Below, piece after piece: positions 13,576 to 25,617 of a stretch of 64,000 nt of DNA. The position numbers and the translations under genes are program-made. Every line of letters starts with the position of its first letter. Position 1 is the first letter of the stretch. This DNA is from Malacoraja senta (taxonomy: Eukaryota). Under the pieces are notes generated by a model. That model did not search any database. It was given only the letters and a program-made list of their open reading frames with translations, and was not told the DNA's origin. The stretch lies in the NCBI GenBank assembly GCA_038087875.1, contig JAXLNO010000107.1, positions 1-64,000 of the forward strand. The letters run 5' to 3'.

Positions 13576-14179
13576 TATGAGATTTAGAAATATTATTTCT
13601 TATCCTTTTTCAATTATATATGAATACCACTTGCCCAAATTGGACAGATATCAGAGCTAGGTTTACATAACTATCTAACATAAGATAGACACAGGTAGAT
13701 AACATCATCAAGTAGATAGGGTAGTGAAGAAGGTTTTTGGCGCGATGGCCTTGGTCAGGCAGAGAATTGCACATAAAAGTTGAGATGTTATTTGCAGTTG
13801 TAAAAGAAGTTTGATGAGACCGCATTTGGAGTACTATTTTACATTTGATCACCTTGCTACAGGAAAGATGTCATTAAACTGAAAATAAAATGTAATTGGG
13901 TAGGGATAGGCAATGTTTCATTTTCCCGACCCAACTGCTGAGTATCCATGACCTCCAGAGACGCTGCCTGACACGCAGAGTTACTCCAGCACTTTGTGTT
14001 TTGCTCAAGAATGCAGAGAAGATTTGCGAGTATGTTGTCACGACACGAGGGCCTGAGCTAATGGGGGTGTTTGGGTAGGCTAGGACTTTATTCCTTGTCG
14101 TGCAGGAGACTGAGACGTGATCTTATAGAAGTGTATAAAATCATGAGGGGAATAGATAGGGTGTATGTACAGAGAGCGC

Positions 14180-15392
14180 CCATGACTCCCATTGCTATCT
14201 AGACCACACTTCTTCCTCTACTCTTTCCTCTATTCACAATTCCTCCGTCTACGCTGCATCTGTGCCCAAGATGAGGTGTTCCATACCAGGTCATCGGAGC
14301 TGTCCTCATTCTTTAGGGAACAGGGGTTCCCCTGTTCCATTATAAATTAGGCCTTCAGTAGGGTCTCCTCGATATCCCGCAGCTCCGCTCTTGCTTCCCC
14401 CTCCCCCCATTCGTAACAAGGACACAGTCCCCCTTGTACTCACCTTCCACCCCATCAGCTGTCGCATACAGCACATAATCCTCCAACATCTTCACCACCT
14501 CCAACGGGATCTTACTACTGGCCACATCCTCTCATCTCCACCCCTTTACGCAGGGACCGTTTGCTCTGAAACTTCCTGGTCAACTCGTCCCTTCCCACCC
14601 AAACCTCCCCATCCCCAGGTACTTTCCCCTGCAACCGCAGGAGATAATAATAATAATAATACATTTTATTTATATAGCGCTTTTCAGGGATTCAACACCT
14701 GTCCCTATACCTCCCCCCTCTACTCTGTCCAAGGACCTTAGCAGTCTTTTCAGGTGAGGCAGAGGTTCACTTGCACCTCCTCCAACCTTATCCACATTTC
14801 CAGGTGTGGACTCCTGTATATCGACAAGACCAAGCACAGGCTCGGAGATTGTTTCGCTGAACACCTCCGCTCAGTCTGCCTAAATCTATCTGATCTCCCA
14901 GTTGCTAAACATTTTAATTCCCCTCCCATTCCCATACTGACCATTTTGTCCTGGGCCTCCTCCATTGTCAGAGTGAAGCCTAGTGCAAATTGGAGGAAAA
15001 GCACCTCATATTTCGCTTGGGCAGCTCACACCCCAGTGGTATGAACATTACTTCTCTAATTTCAAGTAACCCTTGCTTTCCCTCTCTCTACTCCATCCCC
15101 TCCCCTTCCCAGTTCTCCGACAAGTCTTACTGTCTCCAACTACATTTTATCTCTGTTTGCTTTGCAGTTACCTTCTCCCAACTAACAATCTTTACATTTT
15201 CCTTGATAATCATTCCCTTTCTCCTGTTTTCACACATTACACTTCCTTATCTATACACTTCCTTATCTATGTACCTCCCACTCCCCTGACATCAGTCTGA
15301 AGAAGGGTCTCGACCCGAAACATCACCCATTCCTTCTCTCCCGAGATACTGCCTGCCCCGCTGAGTTACTCCAGCATTTTGTGTCTATCTTT
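14180..15392 (+). mobile_element. Older Penelope-like element 3' fragment (RT C-terminus, GIY-YIG, pLTR with hammerhead motif)
   Basis: VPLVLTFHP, RQRFTCTSSNLI...HRLGDCFAEHLRSV and EEKHLIFRLGS; hammerhead-like core at 15295-15326. Confidence 0.8.
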
Positions 15393-16045
15393 GAATGTAC
15401 AGTCTTTTCCCCAGGATAGGGGAATCAACAACTTAAGGGCATGGGTTTAAGGTAAAAGAGGAAACATTTAATAGGGTTTTGAGGAGCAATTTTTTCACAC
15501 AATGTGGCGAGTTTATGGAATGAGCTCCCGAGGAACTGGTTGAGGCAGGTACAATGAACATTTGGACAGGTGCCTGGACAGGAATGGATTAGAGGGATGT
15601 GTCTCAAATGTGGGCAAATGGGACTGTGTATCTTGGTCGCCATGGTGAGTTGGGCTGAAGGGTTTGTTTCCGTGCTGTCTGACTGAGCGCTGACTCTGAA
15701 TCTATTTGGACATCCCAGCATCTCCATCTTAATTTAAATATCAGTATTTTGTCATTACTGGAAATTATATCTTAGTTTTTTCCCTGAGCAACATGGTAAT
15801 CCACCATTCTGCCAATATCCTGGTTTCAGTCATGTTTCTCTAAGGAAGTCCTGTTTGGATGCTTAAGAGTAATTGTCCTTCGGGTCCTTCCCTGACACGG
15901 TGCAAAACTGTATTCTGTATTTATGGAGATTTTAGTGCAAATAACTTTGATTGTAAAAATTGTACAATCTGGGAAGAAAATGTAGGTGGGGATAGGAAAA
16001 TGGATTTGCTGAGATTAACCTAATATATGTTCTTTTTCTTTGCAG

Positions 16046-16220
16046 CGATAGTTACTTTGCACGCGTGCGAGCAGTGGTGATGACCCGTGATGACTCGAGT
16101 GGAGGTTGGGTGCCAATGGGAGGGGGCGGCCTCAGCTGTGTCACTGTTTTTAAAGTTCATCTGGATGACTGTGCTTGTGATGATTTTCTTATCCATGGGG
16201 AAAGGCTCCGGGACAAAGCG
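16046..16220 (+). CDS. SPRED1: SPRED1 coding exon (EVH1 domain, N-terminal part; equivalent to exon 2)
   Basis: Polypyrimidine tract and tgcag acceptor at 16041-16045; gtagga donor at 16221. The 175-nt exon encodes [37 protein letters not shown]...[12 protein letters not shown], matching the SPRED EVH1 domain; the 'VTVFKV' segment is SPRED1-like. Confidence 0.93.
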
Positions 16221-17015
16221 GTAGGAAATACATTTTTTTTATATTTCTATAGTTTGTAGTGATGTGTTGAAGCCAAAATGTCCAATGTTTAACTGTTTAT
16301 TAACAGCATTACATTGCGTAGGGGAAGGAATAAAACTTCCAATTGCTGTAATCCAAACATTCATTTTTGTGTGATTGGAGCACTTTTGCCTATATGAATA
16401 GAATGTGTGTGTATGTTGTGCTGTCATGTAATTCCATTTACCCCCTGTTATTTTACAAATAGCCTGTTATAGTTCATCTTATAAAAATATACAACTTTTG
16501 TAGAATTTCAATAAAATAACAAGGTTGTATGTAATATTCAAGTTTGAGTAAAAAAGAAAAAAAAAAATCTTGCATTGTCCTTGCTATCAAATACCTGAAT
16601 TGTGGTATTTCAATCTACATGATACTGTGGTGCAGTGTACTGTAAACAGCCTCTTCAATTTATTGCATGATTGTTTTCTTCCTTGATAATTCAGCAGGCC
16701 AGGATCATACTTCCCTCCATCTCTGAAAAAATATGAATATCATAGCTTCTCAATAAACAGCCAGTCTGCCAACTAAACATCTGTCAAGAAAATGTGGTGA
16801 CTTTCTGTATAATAACCACCAGTCTCTAAACCTATTTTCCTCATCATGCGGCCATCATCATTTTTCATTCATTTATTTTTTTGTTTTTCTGAGCATTGCC
16901 CAATTGCTCTTGTGAAGGTGGCGAATTATTGCCGCCTTCCTAATGAAGGAGTGTGCTGTGGTGAAGGAAAGGGAATTTAGCCTTTAGCCGCAGCAACAAT
17001 GAAAGAACAGTGATG

Positions 17016-17224
17016 CAGGTCCTCCCCGGGTTACGAACAGCCGACTTATTGTCAGCCTGTACATACCAGCAAGCATTTGGGAGACCAGTGGGACAGATAT
17101 GCCATCAGCTGTGATCCTCTCCCATACGCTGTTTGTATTCACTTATGACTTACGAACAGTTCTGGTTACGAACAGTTTGGCATATGAATATTTCTCGGTG
17201 AAGGCGTAACGTGGGAAAGACCTA
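17016..17224. mobile_element. Possible pogo/Tigger-like MITE
   Basis: Imperfect TIRs caggtcctccccgggttacg ... cgtaacgtgggaaagacct with internal ttacgaacag repeats. Confidence 0.4.
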
Positions 17225-17489
17225 TATGTTTCCAGCTCAACATGGCATACAATTGGGAATAGTAAGATTAAACGAGAACTTACCTAAGTTTGAAGTTTGA
17301 TCTTTATTTTATGAGGAGTTACGTAGGTGATTACGTGAAGAACCCCGCCAGTGCGCCTGCGCGTCAATCTTCAAAGCAGCGGTGTGAAATCACAAAAAAC
17401 AACAACCGAAGTAATATAGTCTCATACTAAAATGAGTAAGACAAGAACTTCCATCTGACCTTTATGATAGAGGGTAGGGTCGTGGTGGG

Positions 17490-17603
17490 CACGTAATCAC
17501 CTACGTAACTCCTCATAAAATAAAGATCAAACTTCAAACTTAGGTAAGTTCTCGTTTAATCTTACTATTTTACTTCGGAGTCACGTGAGTGACTACGTGA
17601 AGA
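17490..17603. repeat. DIRS internal complementary region (ICR)
   Basis: 17490-17569 is the exact reverse complement of 17258-17337. 17567-17603 is the reverse complement of 22013-22049 with one mismatch. Confidence 0.92.
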
Positions 17604-17771
17604 TTTTAAAGCTTTGTGATTTCATGCCGTGGATCAATCCCGGCTTCTCACTGCATAGATTGACTCGGAACGAGAATAATCAATCATGCATTCATAATAA
17701 CATTTGTACCACAAATGCAGTAATTCATTTCAAGAATGAAATGAATCAGATCCCCTTTAAACCAGAGGAAT

Positions 17772-18740
17772 TTACACAGAACTTAAAATAGTTTCTGCAA
17801 ACAACCCCGCATTAACAATAGGCCGATGGTAAAAATGTTGAAACATCAACTCATTGGACCACCCGGCGGCTGCGAGGATATGGTCGACGGGGCCGTCTTT
17901 TGCCCTGGCCGCCGACATTTCTGCTGCCCTAGTCGAGTGAGACGTAAAAACATAAGTGTTAATACCAGCAGCTGTTAAGACTTCTTTTATCCATCTGGAA
18001 ATAGTCTGTATTGAAACTCTCTTGTGTGGTTTCTTGTGTATGATCAAAAACCCAGTTTCCGTATTCTCAAATTCTTTGTGACCTCAATGTATTGTAATAA
18101 ATATGTCTTAATACAGAGACATGGATCATTTGGATATGCTGCCAGCGTAATTTTTAATCCTGTCACACCTGGCCTAATTTGCTTTAGTAGGTCATAGATA
18201 TAGAATGTAACCTTGTCTTCAGTTACTTCCATACTGTCTATTTGTAATTTTCCAAGTGTTTGCACTCGTTGTGCTGTCACTCATGCCATAAACATGAATA
18301 CTTTCATACTGAGCTTGACCAAAGGTAAAGACACACTTGATAACCATCACGAAGTAGTTTCAGTACCACACTTACATCCCAGATTGTCACGTACCTAGGT
18401 TTCGGTGGTTTGGAATTAAAGATTCCTTGCATTAGTCTGGAAACAATTGGGTGTGACCCAATTGAGTTTCTTTCTGAATCCAGAACCAAATATGAGGACA
18501 ATGCACTTCTGGCTGAATTAATTGCACTACAACTCAGACCTTCATCATAATAAAGTTTTGACAGAAATTCTAAACATTTGAAATATCTGCAGTACTTTAT
18601 TGCACATTCTTTTGTACCCAGAACTCTTCCCATTTCTTAATATAAGAAAGGTACTGTTTTTGAGTGCTCTTCCTCCAGGCTGCCGTAAGCATGTCCACAG
18701 TATGCTCAGACAGTCCTCGTCCCAAAAAAGGCATTCTTAA
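17772..18740 (-). pseudogene. DIRS tyrosine recombinase, frameshifted
   Basis: SAINSARSALS, KPRYVTIWDVSVVL, TAQRVQTL, FTSHSTRAA and AAGWSNELMFQHFYHRPI distributed over three ORF pieces. Confidence 0.85.
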
Positions 18741-18750
18741 AACCTGCATA

Positions 18751-20640
18751 TCAACAAATCCAAACGATCATATAATGGATGTTGTTCCCCTGTACAGGGT
18801 GCAGCAATAAATTACTCTTTTTTGGGACTTTCATCAACATTTGTGTTGTTAATTCTAATATCAACGGATACCATGGCTGTGTAGGCCAATCTGGTACTAC
18901 CAATACCCTTGAAGCAGCATCTTGCCTGATTTTAAGCAAACATTGGCTTATGAGGCAGAAAGGTGGAAATATATATGAAAACATACCACCCCAATGTAGC
19001 GAGAAAGCATTAATCGCCACTGCTCCTGGATCTGGTTTCCATGAGACATATCTCGATAGCTGATGATTCAAGTCGATGTCGGTCATTCCAAATCTGATGA
19101 CTATATCATTGAATACCTCTTGATTCAACATCCATTCTTTATTATCATGGAACTTTTCGTGACCTGGTGTCTGCTATCGTTCATTCTACCTGGTAGATAG
19201 ATAGCTGAAATCCAAATGTTCTTTTCAATACACCAAGCCCAAAGTTGATTAACCATTTTGTCACAAGACACCGACTTAATTCCATATCATTAATATAAAC
19301 AACTACTGTTGTGTTATCAATTTGAACTTGAACATGCTTATTAGTTGTGTTAGAACAATAAGCTTGGAGCCCATAGAAACATCCTAGAAGCTCCAAATAG
19401 TTAATTCCTCATGTCTGCAGTAACAATGACTCTTCCTGATTCCATCTGCCTCCTCAGCTAGATGTTAAGTCAGTTGCACCCCATCCTGGTGCACTGGCAT
19501 CAGTTTGTAATATCATGGAAGGTTGTTCAATCAGCACTTTGCTGGAACTGCTTGAGACATGTAGAATCCACCACTGCAGATCAGAAACAGCATTTGTTGT
19601 TAGTTGCATGGTTCTATCAAAATGACCAACATGCATTCTCGGTGCCTGTTCTTTAAGTCTCTGCAGCTGTTGATAATGTAATGGTCCGAATTGGACTGCT
19701 GGGAATGCTGCTACTAATTTTCCCAGTACACGAGCCACCTGTCTAATTGAAGGTTTTTGCTCGTTTAGGAGATTACTGCAATCTTTAATCAAATCCACCC
19801 TTTTCCCTGGGCAAAGTAATATTCATTTGGACTGAATCAATTGTGAACCCCAAATAATTAATAGAGATACATGGTGTTAACCTAGATTTCTGTGGATGAA
19901 TTAGAAACCCCAAATTTTCAAAAGTTGATTTCACAACTGCAACAGATACTTCTGTTGACTGTTTTGTCTTTCCTATAATCAAGACATCATCCAAATATGC
20001 CATTAGTACATGCCCCTGGCTACTCAGCAAGCCCAGAATTGGTTTTAACAATTTTTGTGAATATTCTGGGTGCAAATATTAACCCATTAGGCAGAGCTTT
20101 GAACTGCCACAACTGGTTCATCCATTTAAATTTAAGATACTTCCTATCTTCTGAATGAACAGACACTGAATAATATGCATCTTTCAAGTCTATAGTTGCC
20201 ATATAACATGCTTCTGAAATAAGCTGTTTGGCAGTCACAAATGTTTCCATTTTAAAATGTCTAAATTGCACAAAAGGATTCAGATTTATCAAATCTACAA
20301 GAATCCTACATCCTCCATTCTTTTTGATCGAGGGAATATATTTGACACAAATTGGTGACTTTGGTAGACTGATTTTTCAATAACCCCTTTTTTATATAGG
20401 GTTTCAATTGCAACCTGAACCTCCATCACTTCTTTTTGTACAAAGTGCAGAGTTCGGCTAGGAACATGCTGAACAGGCAAATCATAATTTGGATTGAATT
20501 CAATTCGAAATCCTTGTATATTATTCAGTATTACCACATCTGAAGTAATTTTCTTCCAATTATTATAGAAGAAATGTAACGTGCCTCCAACTTTTGGACT
20601 TAATCCAGTTAGTATATTCCCATGAGAACCAGGTCCACCT
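18751..20640 (-). pseudogene. DIRS pol (RT, RNase H, methyltransferase-like), multiply frameshifted
   Basis: HFKMET, IDLKDAYYSV, LMAYLDDVLII, LQTDASAPGWG, QIDNTTVVVYIN and AFSLHW...YIFPPF...VPDWPTQPWY. Confidence 0.85.
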
Positions 20641-22751
20641 AACTCTTGAGTCATTTGAGTACCCTGAGATTCCTGGGTTCTCCCGGAAGCACGCCCACTG
20701 GTTCTTGCTCCCGCTGCAGGCCGCCAACTACGTCCCTGTGTTGATGAGCGACTTGGTCCAGGATCCGTATAACGTCTGAAAGGATACTTCCTCTTTACAG
20801 ACTTCACAACCATTGATGTCTTCATCAATCCTGTTTTCGCTTCATCTTCCAACTCTTTAATACGTCTCCCGAGATCTCTCCAAAGAGTAAGTTGGGTAAT
20901 TTGTATATTACTTGGTTTGCAGAGTGCTGCGAATTTCGGATTCATAGTAGACCGTATAGCACTTCTCGAAGTGGGTGCTGCATAGCAACCCCAGTGCTTG
21001 CTGATGCAACTTCGTCATCTTTTGGTTGTTACCTGCTATTCTGGTAAAAGCAGTTATTCCAGAACCCAGCAGCTTTAATATTCTCTGCAACTGATTCCAG
21101 ATACTCTTGCAGTCTCATCCATTTCATGCTGTTCCAGCTAATGGTAAACCAAGTAATCTATTAAGGAGGCCAGTTCTTCCTAATGGCTCTCCTGACCCTG
21201 ACGGGGCAGCGAATCCTACTACCAGGGGTGGAACATCTGGCAGCTGCCTTTCATCGCCTTGTACAGCCTCACCGTCAGAGTCGGGGTCTGAAATCTCATG
21301 ACCCGTAGCACGCTCCTCATTCCTGAGGGTGCATTCCATCAGCCCTGAGCCAGGTGCTGTTAAGCTGCTCCTGCAGCTTGGATTACAGTACACTCCTTCC
21401 TGAGTGAACTTTTGCTCCAACAACCTATGAAAAAGGCTTCTATTTGGGCAATACGCTCGAAAGCCGTATCTAGCCCTGTACCAGGAGCTGTTTGAGCTGT
21501 TTCCAGCAGCTTGGCTTTCAGAACACTCCTCCCTGAGTGAACGTTGCTCCAACAGCCTGTGTAAACGGCTTTCTATTTGGGCAATACGCTCTAAAGCAGT
21601 CTCTAGCCCTGGAGCTTCTTCATTGCCTGGGACTCCCTCCGTTGGGATTTAAACTTTGTCTTTTGCCCGACAGGCGCTGACTGTGTTTTCACCAGCCCCA
21701 GGTCCACAGTCGCTATGCTCACCGCTGGCGACTGTACCGGGGTTTAGAGGCGGTTGGTCTCTAACCGCGGACTCCCGACTTTCCCGACTTCTGTCGGCTA
21801 TGTCGCTCGCCTCTTCCCCCTGTCCGTTTTTTCCCATGGCGTCTGTGGAAAAAATCGCCATAGACCCACAGTAAACGGACCTGGAAAACCTGTAAAAAAG
21901 TTTTTACTTACCTTGTAGTTGAAAAACTACAAACCACTCGAGGAGCACTGCTCCTCACGTCCGTTTGCGTCAAGGCGTCTGACGTAATGACGCGCAGGCG
22001 CACTGGCGGGGTTCTTCGCGTAGTCACTCACGTGACTCCGAAGTAAAATCATCCAGAGATTGCTTTGGAGACTTGTCTTTAGTGTTAGAAGTTCTTGTTG
22101 AAATAGTGTAGGCATTCTACAGACTGTGTACACTGCAGTCATTGTGTTTGGTGATGGAGGTAATGAGCATTTAAAGTGGCAAATGGGGTGCCATTCTTAT
22201 GGGTTGATTTGTCCTTGATTCTTGGAATTTCTCGGGTCGATGGAGCTACATGCACTCATGACAATATCATATCATCTACTTGGTTGTATATTGCAGATTA
22301 AGGTTTTGTGTTGTAAGGCGAGTTACCCACCGCTGATTAAAGCTACCAAACCATTGCAGATACCCAAGCAAATTTGTATGTCTGCAGTCATGTGCTTACA
22401 TGTACTGTATACTTCCTGCAGGTATTACTTGTTTCTTCTTGCTCTTTCTGCCATTGTAGTTTCTCTTCTTAATGATATCTGTGTGCCTAATGATTCACTA
22501 AGTAACTACAGGAGATCTGCTGGGATCATAATTTAGTCGCTTTGAGATGTGACTGAAATGGTTTTTACAATTTTTACTATCTTTATCAAGCTCTTCTGAG
22601 GTGTCTGCTTTGCCATTGTGATTAAATCTCCTTTTGTCACTCCTTGTTTCACGGCAAGCTATTGCAACGTTTAAGAAACATTTAGACAGGTACATTGATA
22701 AGGCTTAGAGGGATATGGGCCAAACATAGGCAGGTGGGACTAGTGCAGATG

Positions 22752-24280
22752 CAGAGTTGCCAAGTAGTACGGATTTTCCGTATTTTGTACGGAAATGCGA
22801 TAAGAATACGGATGTACGGTTGTACGTTGTTAAATACGGATTTTTAAAAAGTCATATTTAACAACGCAAAATCGACCATAGATAATCGTAACAACGCGGG
22901 CAGGTGGGAGCGGCCGGGATCGGCCTGACTTCCTGTTTCGTTGCCATGCCGCTCGCCAATGGAGGGGTGGTGGTCTGGTGCGGTTGACTTGGGATCTTGC
23001 TGCTTGGAAAATGCAGGGATGTGGGGGATCATGTTGTACCTCTGGGGATCGTAACAGATTAAATCCGTTTGTGTTCCGGGTTTCAAGATCTGGATGATTG
23101 TTTTTGTGGGCGTTAGTCTGCCACGGTGCTTGGGTTGGGGTCTCTCTGTCTCGTTCTTTCTCGCTCACTCTCCCTCCCTCTCTCCCCTCTCTCTCCCTCC
23201 ATTCCTCGCTCTCTCTCCCTCTCTTGCTGTGTCTGTCTTTCGCTCTCTCCCTCCCTCCCCCCCTCTCTCTCTCTCACGCGATCTCTCTCCAGCTCCCCAT
23301 CTCGTCTCTCTCGCTCCCTCTCTCGCCTCGGCATTCCCGGAATCATTTGGCATTTTGCGGGAATGGCTGCATCTGCCGTTCCTTCCTGTTGGGGTGGGGG
23401 AGCCCTGGCCCGGGGCGGTTCCTGGTCCCTTCCCTCCGCGGGTGCCGCTTGGCCAGCTGAGTTCCTCCAGCACTCTGTGTTTTTTGTTTGGCTCTGGAGT
23501 TGAAGGTGGACACGGGGGGCTGGGGTGGCTCAGTGGGACGGGCGGCGGCTTAGGGGGGGGGGAATGGGTGGAGTTTCTGGTCGAGACCCTTCTTCAGACA
23601 ATCACAAGTGGTCTCACCGACGAGAGTTCAGTTCAGTCTGAAGAAGGGTCTCGACCCGAAATGTCACCCATTCCTTCTCTCCAGAGTCGCTGCCCGTCCC
23701 GCTGAGTTGCTCCAGCTTTAGGTCCATCTTCAATTTCAGAGTTAAATAAAAAACACAGAGTGCTGGAGGAACACAGCGGGCTAGGCGGCATCTGTAGAGG
23801 GAATGGATTAGGAGTTTCGGACCAGGGTTCTTCTTCAATAGGAAGGAACTGCAGATCAGGCATGATATTCTTCCGATTTAAATTGGAATTCCGATTTTTT
23901 TTGTTTTCCTATTTGTCAATTTTTTGTGCCCGATTATTCGGCGGGCAATCAACCGTTGTCTCTAAGGAGGTTGCGTCCAATCACCGACCAGCTTCCCTGA
24001 AAATTCCCGTCCAATCAACAAGTCGGTCTCCTCCCGTCCAATCAGCCGCTGTCTCCAAGGGCATTATGTCCATTCAAATAATGCGCTGGTCACTCGGCGG
24101 CCAAATACACAATAAACAAGTTATGCATTCTTGTACTCTTACATGGGTATGACCGCACATTAAAAATAAAAATAAAAATTCAGCAAAATGGCACCGTGTA
24201 AAAATACTGATTTTCTCAGCAAAGTACATATTTTCAGGTACTAGAATACTGAAATGCTCTGACAGAACCTGGCAGCTCTG
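22752..24280. mobile_element. Non-autonomous TIR DNA transposon (hAT/Tip100- or P-like ends)
   Basis: 11-bp TIR CAGAGTTGCCA ... TGGCAGCTCTG with subterminal tacgg/ccgt motifs. It interrupts a CR1-type tail. No clean TSD seen. Confidence 0.6.
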
Positions 24281-24864
24281 CATGTTACTCAGTGTGGGCA
24301 GGTTGTGATGAAGGGCCTGTTTCCATGCTGTATGACTCTAAGCTCCTATTGCAGTCTGCACTAGATTTTTTTCTGGAAATCTATTGTTTCATTTTTTAAT
24401 TTCTGAACAAGATTTTACTTGATCAAATAATTCACCAGCCTACGGCATAAATCAATACGATTAATCCATTTATACCAAGCTTCTGTGTGTGTTCCATGTG
24501 TTTTAAGACATTGTTTCTTTTGATTGCAAATTTTTACTAAATTGTTGGAGGTCGGTTCCCAAAAATCTGGTTTTAATTTATTTAATTCAGCAAGAGTTTT
24601 CAATCTGTTGGAAGATAGGGTGAGAGAGACTACTCTCTATTCTGTTTTACATTGCTTGATTGATTTCCGGCTTCAAATCATTGTCCTGCCAATGATGGTC
24701 ATGTCTGCTAATTGAGTGAAAAAAATCAGACCATTTTTGTCTAATCTATTTAATTACTTTAGCTGTACCATTCTGCTTACATATACAGTCATCCTGCCAA
24801 TAACTGATCTTTAACTTCCCTAAATCTATTTCAAGGTTGAAGGCCACTTAATTTCCTTTGGCGA

Positions 24865-25335
24865 GGAACGGCAAATGGAGTTTAATTCAAATAAGTGTGA
24901 TGTGCTGCATTATGGGAAGTCAACCCAGGCAAGGACCTTCACAGGCCCTGGGGAGAGTTGTAGAACAATTGGATCCAGGAGTACAACTACATAGTTCTCT
25001 GAAAGCAGCGTCAAAGGTAGATAGGAAAGTGAAGACAGCTTTTGGCACATTGGCCATCATCAGTAAGAGAATTGATTGTAGAAGTGAGCATCATGTTACA
25101 GTTATACAAAATGTGGGTGAAGCTGCACATGGAGTATTGTGTTCAGTTTTGGTCACCCTGCTGTAAAAAAAGATGGTGTTAAGTTGTAAGGAGTACAGAG
25201 GAGATTGATGAAGATGTGGCCAGGACTCGAGTGCCTGAGCTACAGGGTGTGCTTAGGCAGACTAGGGGTTTATTCCTTAGAGCACAGGAGGATGATGGGT
25301 GATCTTATAGATCATAAGGGGAATAGATAGGGTGC
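24865..25335 (+). mobile_element. Degraded CR1 fragment
   Basis: Remnant of the CR1 RT C-terminus (ggagtattgtgttcagttttggtcacc). Confidence 0.55.
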
Positions 25336-25617
25336 CACCGAGATGCCCCATCAAATCTAGTTCAATTTACCCATGTTTGGCTCAATAGAGTCGACTCCTT
25401 ATTTTCCATTGTTCATTTTCCAGTCTTAATTTCTTTAGGGCCAATGCTCATTTTATGAACTTTTCTGTTGAAAATGTGTACAAATTTTTCCTTCATTTTA
25501 TTTTCCTAAATACCTTTATTTCCTGCAGCAGTTTTTTCCATCCATATTAATCTTGCGGTGCACCGCTTAGTTTTATTCTCTCCAGTCTTCTGGCATATCC
25601 TAAGGCTTTGTGTAATT

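Larger units (their letters stand above)
17258..22049 (-). mobile_element. Full-length DIRS1-type tyrosine-recombinase retrotransposon (ORFs decayed)
   Basis: On the - strand: gag-like, RT (IDLKDAYY, ALPNG, YLDD), RNase H (QTDAS), methyltransferase-like and tyrosine recombinase (HSTR...GWS...FY) remnants. ITRs at 17332-17366 and 21988-22022. Internal complementary region at 17490-17603. AAT at both termini. Confidence 0.93.

Noticed and set aside
21889..21912. Intron in the DIRS 5' leader (GTAAGT...TTACAG on the - strand)
   Set aside because: The donor and acceptor are only about 22 nt apart, too short for a spliceosomal intron. They might pair with distant sites, but this cannot be supported.
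23094..23705. 203-aa ORF and overlapping ORFs
   Set aside because: They arise from (CT)n low-complexity and GC-rich repeat sequence.
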